Source: Candidatus Omnitrophota bacterium
Lineage (GTDB): Bacteria > Omnitrophota > Gorgyraeia > Gygaellales > Profunditerraquicolaceae
Assembly (NCBI GenBank): GCA_026387335.1
Contig: JAPLLX010000003.1
Span: forward strand, 138,230 to 202,229
Length of the DNA stretch: 64,000 bases
Reading direction: 5' to 3'
How positions within the stretch are numbered: position 1 is the stretch's first letter; each line of letters begins with the position of its first letter. The notes beneath the pieces were generated by a model. It was not told where the DNA came from, searched no databases, and was given only the letters and a program-made list of their open reading frames with translations. Below are positions 57,296 to 64,000 of the stretch, in pieces. The translations under genes and the position numbers were made by a program.

Positions 57296-58294
57296 TTATC
57301 TTTCTGAAGTATTATTTCCGTAGATTCGATTCCAAAGGTTAGTTTCGGTATTCTTTTTAAGAATAACTCTCTTCGCCGAGACAATATCTCCTTCTTTAAT
57401 TAGAACTTTTATGTCCAAAGATTTAGCTAAAGATAAGCTCTTTTCTAAAACATCTACAACCTTGATCTTAGCAATCTCTGTTTGCTTATAACCAAGAACC
57501 TGGCCAGTAGTTTGATCTTTAATTGAATCTTCTAAGCGAATTACAGCAAAAACATCATTTTTTTCAATTTTATCATCAAACCCAGCATTTATATATACAC
57601 CTTTATCATCTAAACGCACCACACGACAAGTCCAAGGGTTGCCTTCTAAATCATCCGATAAAGCATGAACTGCACGTGCTAATGCCTTTTGCAAATAATC
57701 CCTCTGCCCTGTTCCGGTTGAGATTACAGCTCCTGTATTAACATCTACTAAACGCAATGTTATTGTATATTGGGTAGAGCTAAACTGTTCACCGCCATAA
57801 TTAGGTAAAATTTCTCCGAGCAAAATATATTGCACCCCATAAATATTCCCTAGCTCATTAGCGGGATCTTTTTTCACCCAATCTGATTTTTCAAATTTAA
57901 TTTCCCGAATCAATTGGTTTACCTCTTGCCGCTCCACAACTTCAAACTTATCGGTCTTTTGAAGAAGGTCGGATAACATTCCTACAACTGAGTTAACTTG
58001 CGGTACTCCGGGTTTTTCAAGATTTGGCGTAGAAATGTTAATATTATACGTTTGAGACCTGCTATCCTCTTTTTCGGCGGTTTTATTAAACGGACTCCCG
58101 GGAATATCGACTGATTCACCAAAGCTACCAATCGCTACTTTATATTTTATATTTTTTTCTTTAACCCGATTTAATTTTTCCTGAGAATATTTAAATTCTT
58201 TCTTTTCTCCTTCTCCCGCCTGAACAACCCCCCGAGTCAAAAATCCAAATACAAAAAATAAAGTAAATAAACTAAAAAACAACTTTTTTTTCAT
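57296..58294 (-). CDS. CsgG-family (curli-secretion-channel-like) protein
   Basis: A signal peptide is followed by MLSDLLQKTDKFEVVERQEVNQLIREIKF, which matches the CsgG core AMLVTALKDSRWFIPLERQGLQNLLNERK. YILLGEI matches IMVEGSI. Confidence 0.55.
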   Translation of the reverse strand: MKKKLFFSLFTLFFVFGFLTRGVVQAGEGEKKEFKYSQEKLNRVKEKNIKYKVAIGSFGESVDIPGSPFNKTAEKEDSRSQTYNINISTPNLEKPGVPQVNSVVGMLSDLLQKTDKFEVVERQEVNQLIREIKFEKSDWVKKDPANELGNIYGVQYILLGEILPNYGGEQFSSTQYTITLRLVDVNTGAVISTGTGQRDYLQKALARAVHALSDDLEGNPWTCRVVRLDDKGVYINAGFDDKIEKNDVFAVIRLEDSIKDQTTGQVLGYKQTEIAKIKVVDVLEKSLSLAKSLDIKVLIKEGDIVSAKRVILKKNTETNLWNRIYGNNTSER

Positions 58295-58313
58295 CGTTTA
58301 CTCCTTATGTTCT

Positions 58314-58742
58314 TTACTGGGCTTTACGAATACGAATCGTGTAATCCTTGGCCTTAGAATTAAAAGCAGTTGTTTTATATGCGTACGTAGAATACTGAGG
58401 AATCAAGATAAGCTCCCAATTAGTATCGTCACCTATCTGAAAACCTTTGTCGTCGCGAAAAATAGTTTGAACTTGCAATCTTAATAACTCTTTTTTCATA
58501 TTGCGTATCTCGCAATATACTTTTAGCCGATTATCATCGGTTAAGTCAGTTTTCTGAGCTAAAATGACAACTCGCTTTTGAGAAAACTGATTGTCCAGAT
58601 CCTTATCGAGAATAACTACTTTCAGATTCCGTTCCTTATCCTGATTAACACTATAGGGAATAGTATGATAAGGACCAGCGGCGCAACCATTTAGAATAAA
58701 AATTCCAACTGCTATAAAAAATATAGAAGAAAGTTTTGACAT
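58314..58742 (-). CDS. small lipoprotein (possibly DUF4810-like partner of CsgG-family proteins)
   Basis: A signal peptide with lipobox LNGC begins a 142-aa ORF. The family assignment is by operon context only. Confidence 0.4.
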   Translation of the reverse strand: MSKLSSIFFIAVGIFILNGCAAGPYHTIPYSVNQDKERNLKVVILDKDLDNQFSQKRVVILAQKTDLTDDNRLKVYCEIRNMKKELLRLQVQTIFRDDKGFQIGDDTNWELILIPQYSTYAYKTTAFNSKAKDYTIRIRKAQ

Positions 58743-58765
58743 ATTTATCTCCTTATCGTTTAAGT

Positions 58766-59362
58766 TTATTGATAGGCAACCCCTGATTCACCAACTCGTT
58801 TTATCTCATAAGAATCTTCCCAAATAATATCGCTAGTTTCCGCATCAATTAATTGAAAAGCCATTAAGACATAATCTGACCGGTTGTTGCTAACTGCCTT
58901 TGATAATCCAGTTAATTCTCCAGTCAAATAAAAATCAACTCCGTAAAGATCGCCCTCCTTACTAGCTGTTACTAAATTCTTTCTTTTAGCTTCACGTTCC
59001 TTAAGGATATCATCTATTCGGTCGCGGGCAAGAAATCGTACCTTTCCGGTAGCATTTTTATTAAGTTCCATTCGAATCTTTTGAGTAAAAATATCTTTAT
59101 TAATTATAAATCGTGTACTGTTCTTAACCGGTAGAAGGGCGATTCGAGGAGTTCCTTGAGCATTCATAATCTCGGGAACCTCTAAGATAGAAATGGCCAT
59201 CTTCCGGGCAACCGTTAGTAAGTCTGTCGATTCAATACCAGTCCCACCTAAATTATCATCATTATCAGGGAGGATCACATTTGAGTGCGAAACCGGAACA
59301 CTAGCACATGATGATAATGTTATTGTAAATAAAATCAATACTAACAATTTAAAATGTTTCAT
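58766..59362 (-). CDS. lipoprotein (possibly DUF799-like partner of CsgG-family proteins)
   Basis: MKHFKLLVLILFTITLSSC has the lipobox LSSC. The protein is ~200 aa, and the family assignment is by context only. The track ORF extends to 59398. Confidence 0.4.
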   Translation of the reverse strand: MKHFKLLVLILFTITLSSCASVPVSHSNVILPDNDDNLGGTGIESTDLLTVARKMAISILEVPEIMNAQGTPRIALLPVKNSTRFIINKDIFTQKIRMELNKNATGKVRFLARDRIDDILKEREAKRKNLVTASKEGDLYGVDFYLTGELTGLSKAVSNNRSDYVLMAFQLIDAETSDIIWEDSYEIKRVGESGVAYQ

Positions 59363-59425
59363 TTCTCTCCCCTTTCGTCTCAAGATGACTTTTAACATAG
59401 ATTTATCTATTTTTGGAACAAAAAA

Positions 59426-59449
59426 ACAATTCCCTCTATAGAGAATTGT
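59426..59449. promoter_or_regulatory. 24-bp near-perfect palindrome (candidate operator) upstream of the lipoprotein operon promoter
   Basis: ACAATTC-cc-TCTATAGA-GAATTGT matches its reverse complement at 22 of 24 positions. It lies ~30 bp upstream of a sigma70-like -35/-10 (TTGTTC-16-TATGTT) and the SD AAAGGGGAGAG. Confidence 0.35.
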
Positions 59450-59549
59450 CTATAAAATTACATATCTAATTCTATTGCCACTTCCTTGTGACATAGATTG
59501 ATTATACACTCCATAGGCTTATATTCAACATTTATTCCCTATTTTGCGT

Positions 59550-59577
59550 ACCGCCGGATTTCTAAAAGCGGTTTTTT
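59550..59577. repeat. terminator-like hairpin sharing a 13-nt core (ccgccggatttct) with the terminator at 55384-55417
   Basis: accgc-cggatttctaaaa-gcggtttttt. A direct repeat of the loop core and G/C stem lies at 55391-55403. Confidence 0.45.
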
Positions 59578-59610
59578 AATTATGGAAAATAATTATCCAA
59601 CTTGTTACAG

Positions 59611-60375
59611 CTATTTCTTATATCGCAAAGAGCCTATTTGAGAAAAGAATTTTCCTGCATCAATTTTATTTATATTTAAATATACAGAATGATCTGGATA
59701 GTAATTTCTTATTGGGGTAATATGGCTTGGCACGAATTCACTAAGCATTCTCTTAAGCTGGATTATGCCTTTTCTATTAACGGACCTAACCCTAATCATG
59801 CCCCTAGCATTAAAACAAGCCTCATCATCAAAAAACGCCTTAATCCAATTCTTTTTTACTTCTTTTTTTGCTTTCATAATTTTTGGAGAAATAAACCATT
59901 CCCTGGATTTGCCACCTCCCAGATCCTTCATTAACCGCCACACATCCTTTGATTTAACTGTTACGCAGTTATTTCTAAAATATGGTTTTAATCCGAAGGT
60001 CGACTTTGAATCTCTTATAAATTCCCTGATTAAACGTTGATTAAAATTGGTATATTGCACTCCAAATCTAAAACGATAACTGTTAGGTTTATAGATTCCC
60101 ATGTAACCATATGCGTCTTTTTCTCGTCTCTGGAATAAATTACCGTCTCCGCAAACGTGCGCATGCACCCTTGCTAATGCAGAAGTAATCTTTCGCGGTA
60201 TTTTAATTTTGGGGAGGGATCTGTTTCTTTTAAACTTCTTTGATAGGTGCTGATTTACAGAACCAGGAGTTCTAGCTAAAATTTTACAAATCTTCAATAT
60301 TGAAAGCTTCTTATCAAAATAAAGATTTTTTAACCTTTTATCTTCTTTTTTGCTCCATTTTTTAATATTTCGCAT
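59611..60375 (-). CDS. Myb/SANT-like HTH plus LAGLIDADG-like double-motif protein (putative homing-endonuclease-family DNA-binding protein)
   Basis: The N-terminal WSKKEDKRLKNLY...ILARTPGSVNQHL is Myb/SANT-like. LARVHAHVCGDGNLF and IKAFFDDEACF resemble the two LAGLIDADG motifs. The gene is AT-rich and lies immediately upstream of tRNA-fMet. Confidence 0.4.
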   Translation of the reverse strand: MRNIKKWSKKEDKRLKNLYFDKKLSILKICKILARTPGSVNQHLSKKFKRNRSLPKIKIPRKITSALARVHAHVCGDGNLFQRREKDAYGYMGIYKPNSYRFRFGVQYTNFNQRLIREFIRDSKSTFGLKPYFRNNCVTVKSKDVWRLMKDLGGGKSREWFISPKIMKAKKEVKKNWIKAFFDDEACFNARGMIRVRSVNRKGIIQLKRMLSEFVPSHITPIRNYYPDHSVYLNINKIDAGKFFSQIGSLRYKK

Positions 60376-60396
60376 AATCTATTGAAATATAAAAAA

Positions 60397-60470
60397 TTGC
60401 GGGGGACCGATTTGGACGGTCGACCTCAAGGTTATGAGCCTTGCGAGCTACCAGGCTGCTCCACCCCGCG
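60397..60470 (-). tRNA. tRNA-Met (CAT), initiator type; no encoded CCA
   Basis: The reverse complement is CGCGGGGTGGAGCAGCCTGGTAGCTCGCAAGGCTCATAACCTTGAGGTCGACCGTCCAAATCGGTCCCCCGCAA. Its D-arm is identical to E. coli tRNA-fMet. C1:A72 is mismatched and the anticodon is CAT. Confidence 0.85.
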
Positions 60471-60527
60471 AAACTTTTTAAAGAACAATTATATTATAAC
60501 ACAATAAGATGCGTGAATAGCCGATAT

Positions 60528-60809
60528 CTATTTTTTCTTCTGCGGGACGATCTTAATGGGGATCTCGCCCTTCCTGACTATCCCCATCTTTTCCCGGGCA
60601 ACCCTTTCCTGATAAACCGGGTCGCTGGCTACCTTCTTCATCTCTTCTTCCAAAAGAGCGTTTTCTATATTTAAACGCCGGATTTTATCTAATAAATCCC
60701 GGTTTTTTTCCCGCAGATCCTGAAGCTTGCTAAACCCGGGTAAGAATAAAATCAAAAAAATTATTATTAAACCAAAACCCCAAAAAGCCTTTTTTAATGT
60801 GGCTAACAT
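60528..60809 (-). CDS. ftsB: septum formation initiator FtsB/DivIC-like
   Basis: A 93-aa ORF with an N-terminal TM helix and a coiled-coil (LQDLREKNRDLLDKIRRLNIENALLEEEMKK). It lies directly downstream of eno. Confidence 0.55.
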   Translation of the reverse strand: MLATLKKAFWGFGLIIIFLILFLPGFSKLQDLREKNRDLLDKIRRLNIENALLEEEMKKVASDPVYQERVAREKMGIVRKGEIPIKIVPQKKK

Positions 60810-62075
60810 TTATTTCTTGATAAGCGTGCCCGCGTAAACCGCTTTTGAGCCCAGCTCCTCTTCGATCCTTAAAAGCTCGTTATATTTGCAAATCCTGTCA
60901 GTGCGCGATAGCGAGCCGGTTTTAATCTGGCCGCAAGAACAGGCAACGCTTAAGTGGGCGATTGTCGTATCTTCAGTTTCGCCGCTGCGATGGGATATAA
61001 TCGCCTTATATTTATTTTTCTTGGCGATATTTATCGCTTCAATCGTCTCAGAGAGCGAACCGATCTGATTTAACTTTATCAGTATAGCATTACCTATTCT
61101 TTGCGCAATGCCTTTTTTAAATATCTTGGGGTTAGTGACAAATATATCATCGCCGACCAGCTGAAGCCGCGAACCCAGCTTTTTGGTCATCTCCTGCCAC
61201 CCGAGCCAATCATGCTCGCCTAAGCCATCCTCAATGGATAGAATAGGGTAATTATTTAACCACTCCTCGTAAATCTGGATTAAGTCGCCGGAAGTTTTCT
61301 GGGAATTTTCGAAAAGGTACTTACCGTCTTTACAGAATGAACTGGCGGCGCAATCCAAGGCTAAGGAAACATCCTTACCGGGCTTATACCCGGCTTTCCC
61401 AATCGCCTGGATAATTAAATCCAGGGCTTCGCGGTTAGAAGTTAAATTCGGGGCAAACCCTCCTTCGTCTCCAACTGAAGTAGAGAGCTTCTTGGACTTA
61501 AGGAGCGACTTCAAATTATGGAATACCTCGGTGGCCATACGCAGGGCTTCGCTAAAACGCTGTGTGCCTATAGGCATAATCATAAACTCCTGAATATCCA
61601 GATTGTTATCCGCGTGCATTCCGCCGTTTAAGATATTCATTAAAGGTATCGGTAAAAGTTTTGCCTTTTCTCCGCCTAAAAATCTATATAAAGGCTGTTT
61701 CTTGGATAACGCCGCGGCTTTAGCCACGGCTATAGATACCCCTAGAATCGCGTTGGCGCCTAAATTTGCCTTGTTCTCTGTCCCGTCTAACTTGATTAAT
61801 AAGGCGTCTACCTTATTAAAATCAGGAGTTAAACCCTTTATTTTGGAAGCAATTATGGTATTTACGTTATTCACTGCTTTTAATACGCCCTTACCTAAGT
61901 ACCTCTTCCTATCCCCATCTCTTAATTCCAGGGCTTCTTTTTCACCCGTGGATGCTCCGGAGGGGACCGCTGCCCTGCCTAAAATACCGTTATCCAGAAT
62001 AACATCCACCTCTATCGTGGGATTTCCGCGGGAATCCAGGATTTCCCGGGCCAAAACTTTCTTGATTTTTGCCAT
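60810..62075 (-). CDS. eno: enolase
   Basis: [25 protein letters not shown]...SHRSGETED matches enolase. The start is trimmed from the track ORF. Confidence 0.95.
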   Translation of the reverse strand: MAKIKKVLAREILDSRGNPTIEVDVILDNGILGRAAVPSGASTGEKEALELRDGDRKRYLGKGVLKAVNNVNTIIASKIKGLTPDFNKVDALLIKLDGTENKANLGANAILGVSIAVAKAAALSKKQPLYRFLGGEKAKLLPIPLMNILNGGMHADNNLDIQEFMIMPIGTQRFSEALRMATEVFHNLKSLLKSKKLSTSVGDEGGFAPNLTSNREALDLIIQAIGKAGYKPGKDVSLALDCAASSFCKDGKYLFENSQKTSGDLIQIYEEWLNNYPILSIEDGLGEHDWLGWQEMTKKLGSRLQLVGDDIFVTNPKIFKKGIAQRIGNAILIKLNQIGSLSETIEAINIAKKNKYKAIISHRSGETEDTTIAHLSVACSCGQIKTGSLSRTDRICKYNELLRIEEELGSKAVYAGTLIKK

Positions 62076-62222
62076 CTTCATTTCTCCTTGCACAGAAGTG
62101 CACACCGGCCTATCCAATAAGGCCGGGTGTTATATTTTTTTGAATATAGCGGGTTTAACTGTGGAATTCCTATTATACATAGCTAACACAAGCAGTCAAG
62201 GAAAATTGATGTTTCAAATAAA

Positions 62223-62251
62223 TTGACATATAATCAAAGTTATGCTATTTT
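62223..62251 (+). promoter_or_regulatory. sigma70-like promoter for the ftsH-like gene
   Basis: TTGACA (62223-62228), a 17-nt spacer and tatttt (62246-62251) are followed by the SD aaggaaagg, 6 nt before the ATG at 62279. Confidence 0.4.
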
Positions 62252-62278
62252 AGTTAAAATCCATAAGGAAAGGCCAAA

Positions 62279-63976
62279 ATGAATAAACGCAAATTAAAAC
62301 TATTTTTCAAAATGCACTGGATAGCCCTCAGTGTAATCTTGTTATGCGCGGTAATCGCCATATCTTTTGTCTTCTTCCTGAATAGCGCCATTAACGCCTG
62401 GATCACCTCCGAATCTTATTTTAAAAAATCCGCCCTGGCCCAATACGGGCTCTTCTTCTATATATTCCTGGTCTTAAACCTTATCAGCCTTCCTTTAAGC
62501 GGCGCGCTCTGGTTATGGATGATGCAGGGCGGCCATATGAAATTCACCCAGATCGGCAAGAAAGCGGTGGAAGGCAAAGATATCCGCATCCACTGGAAAG
62601 ATGTTATCGGGATGGAAGAAGCCAAAGAAGAGGCTATGGAAGTAGTGAGCTTAATGACTGACCGCGTGCAGTTGCAGCTCATTGGAGGTAAAATCCTGAA
62701 AGGGATTTTAATGATGGGGCCTCCGGGTTGCGGAAAAACTTACCTGGCTAAAGCCATAGCCACCGAAGCGAATATGCCTTTTATCGCTATGTCCGGTTCG
62801 GAATTCATTGAGATGTTCGTCGGCGTAGGCGCCAGCCGTATACGCAAGCTTTTTAAACAGGCGCAACAATTAGCCTATGTTGAAGGCGGATGCATAATCT
62901 TTATTGATGAACTTGACGCGGTCGGAGCCCAGCGCTCGGTTGACCGCGGTTTTGGCGGCCAGACTGAAAGCAACACTACCCTAAACCAACTCCTCATTGA
63001 GATGGACGGGTTAAAAGATAAAGAGCATAATGTTGTGATAATCGGCGCCACCAATGCCCCGGAATCATTCCTGGATCCCGCCCTGCTGCGTCCGGGAAGA
63101 TTTGACCGTAAAATTTACCTGGAATTACCCAACCTGGAAGAACGCCAGAAACTCTTTGAATATTATTTAAAAGGTGTAAAGTGCGACGCATCCATTGACC
63201 TCCTGCGCCTAGCCAGATTAACCGTCTCTAACAGCCCCGCGGATGTCTCTAACCTTATCAGGGAAGCAGCGCTCATCGCGATACGCAACAAAAAAGAAGA
63301 AATATCAATGAGGGAAATATCCGAGGCTTATGACCGGGTGGAGATGGGCGTAAAACATAAAGTTGTCTCCACGCAGGAAGAACGCAAGAAAATCGCTTAT
63401 CATGAAGCAGGGCATGCCATTGCTATGTATTTTCTCGCTCCCCACTCCGACGTATTCAAGGCCACGATCCTGGCCCGGGGAGGCGCGCTGGGTTTTGTTA
63501 TGCCCCAGGCCCGTGAAGAAATCCACGTGCGCACTAAAGAGCAATACTTAGGAGATATAAAAGTAAACTTGGGCTCTTATGTCTCCGAAAAACTTAAATT
63601 AAAAACTACCACCTCAGGCGTATCTCAGGATTTTAATAACGCCACGTGGTTCGCGCATAATATGGTCTGGAAGTGGGGTATGGGCGGCTCCGGATTAATC
63701 GGTAATTACAACCTTCTGGAAAACATGCGCGAAGATTACGGATCCTTTAGGGGAGAAAAATCCTCTTTCCTGTCGGAGAAATTAAAGGAACAACTAAATA
63801 ACGACGTTCAAAAGATCCTGAATGACTGCTTAAAAGAAGTTGAGGTCCTGCTTACGCGTGAAGACGCTATACTTGAGCGTTTCGCGCAGGAACTTCTGGA
63901 TAAAGATGAACTCAATTATGATGAAATTGAAGCTATATTTAAAGACTTTGGCAAGGCCCGCCCTTTTACTGCTTAG
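62279..63976 (+). CDS. ftsH: FtsH-like ATP-dependent zinc metalloprotease (short, divergent N-terminus)
   Basis: Two N-terminal TM helices are followed by the AAA+ Walker A GPPGCGKT and Walker B IIFIDELD, then the zinc motif HEAGHAI. No large periplasmic domain is present. Confidence 0.75.
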   Translation: MNKRKLKLFFKMHWIALSVILLCAVIAISFVFFLNSAINAWITSESYFKKSALAQYGLFFYIFLVLNLISLPLSGALWLWMMQGGHMKFTQIGKKAVEGKDIRIHWKDVIGMEEAKEEAMEVVSLMTDRVQLQLIGGKILKGILMMGPPGCGKTYLAKAIATEANMPFIAMSGSEFIEMFVGVGASRIRKLFKQAQQLAYVEGGCIIFIDELDAVGAQRSVDRGFGGQTESNTTLNQLLIEMDGLKDKEHNVVIIGATNAPESFLDPALLRPGRFDRKIYLELPNLEERQKLFEYYLKGVKCDASIDLLRLARLTVSNSPADVSNLIREAALIAIRNKKEEISMREISEAYDRVEMGVKHKVVSTQEERKKIAYHEAGHAIAMYFLAPHSDVFKATILARGGALGFVMPQAREEIHVRTKEQYLGDIKVNLGSYVSEKLKLKTTTSGVSQDFNNATWFAHNMVWKWGMGGSGLIGNYNLLENMREDYGSFRGEKSSFLSEKLKEQLNNDVQKILNDCLKEVEVLLTREDAILERFAQELLDKDELNYDEIEAIFKDFGKARPFTA

Positions 63977-64000
63977 CGCCTTCTCCATCCTTTTATCCGG

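Noticed and set aside
62118-62165. Hairpin ccggcc-tatccaataa-ggccgg followed by a T-run between the eno and ftsH-like genes
   Set aside because: It is oriented as a plus-strand terminator but has no plus-strand gene upstream. It is probably part of the eno 5' leader/promoter region, with insufficient evidence for a function.
1-64000. CRISPR arrays, rRNA genes, integrase or transposase genes
   Set aside because: No regularly spaced direct repeats, no rRNA-like sequence and no recognisable integrase, transposase or phage structural ORFs were seen. The only recombinase is the housekeeping XerC/D.

Overview
A 64-kb, mostly moderate-GC bacterial chromosomal segment from a Gram-negative (LPS-making) organism. 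All protein genes except two (a Ski2-like helicase and an FtsH-like protease) lie on the minus strand, mostly with overlapping start/stop codons.

Gene content, left to right:
- 1-14.6 kb: a compact LPS inner-core/lipid A locus. It holds a heptose kinase, a DHS-like protein, tandem GT9 heptosyltransferases, GT4 transferases including a GT4-GT9 fusion, a CE4 deacetylase, an LpxL-ELM1 fusion, lpxK, a HAD hydrolase, a STAS-PilZ fusion and kdtA/waaA.
- 14.6-36.7 kb: housekeeping genes. These are xerC/D, topA, dprA, aroK, spoVG, aroC, a thermonuclease, a macro-Nudix fusion, a retropepsin-like protease, a TrpB2-type tryptophan synthase beta, an AsmA-family protein, cca, nrdR, a dCMP deaminase, glyA, rpiB and a YrdC-LMW-PTP fusion.
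- 36.6-51.4 kb: a purine biosynthesis cluster (purE, purD, purM, purF, a Cys1-less purF paralog, purQ, a LOG-family gene, a purS-purL fusion, purB). Inside it sit an SPFH gene and an AT-rich cassette of two unknown membrane proteins plus a cupin, bounded by inverted repeats (38.4-40.7 kb). A MITE-like element with a TA duplication lies 20 bp upstream of purL.
- 51.4-55.3 kb: an operon of YjbQ, PilZ, a membrane protein and a GH94-like phosphorylase.
- 55.4-60.4 kb: an AT-rich island next to an initiator tRNA-Met. It encodes a TPR lipoprotein, a CsgG-like protein, two small lipoproteins and a Myb/LAGLIDADG-like protein.
- 60.5-64 kb: ftsB-like, eno and ftsH-like genes.

No CRISPR array, rRNA or recognisable transposase is present. 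Several structured intergenic repeats and hairpins are reported.
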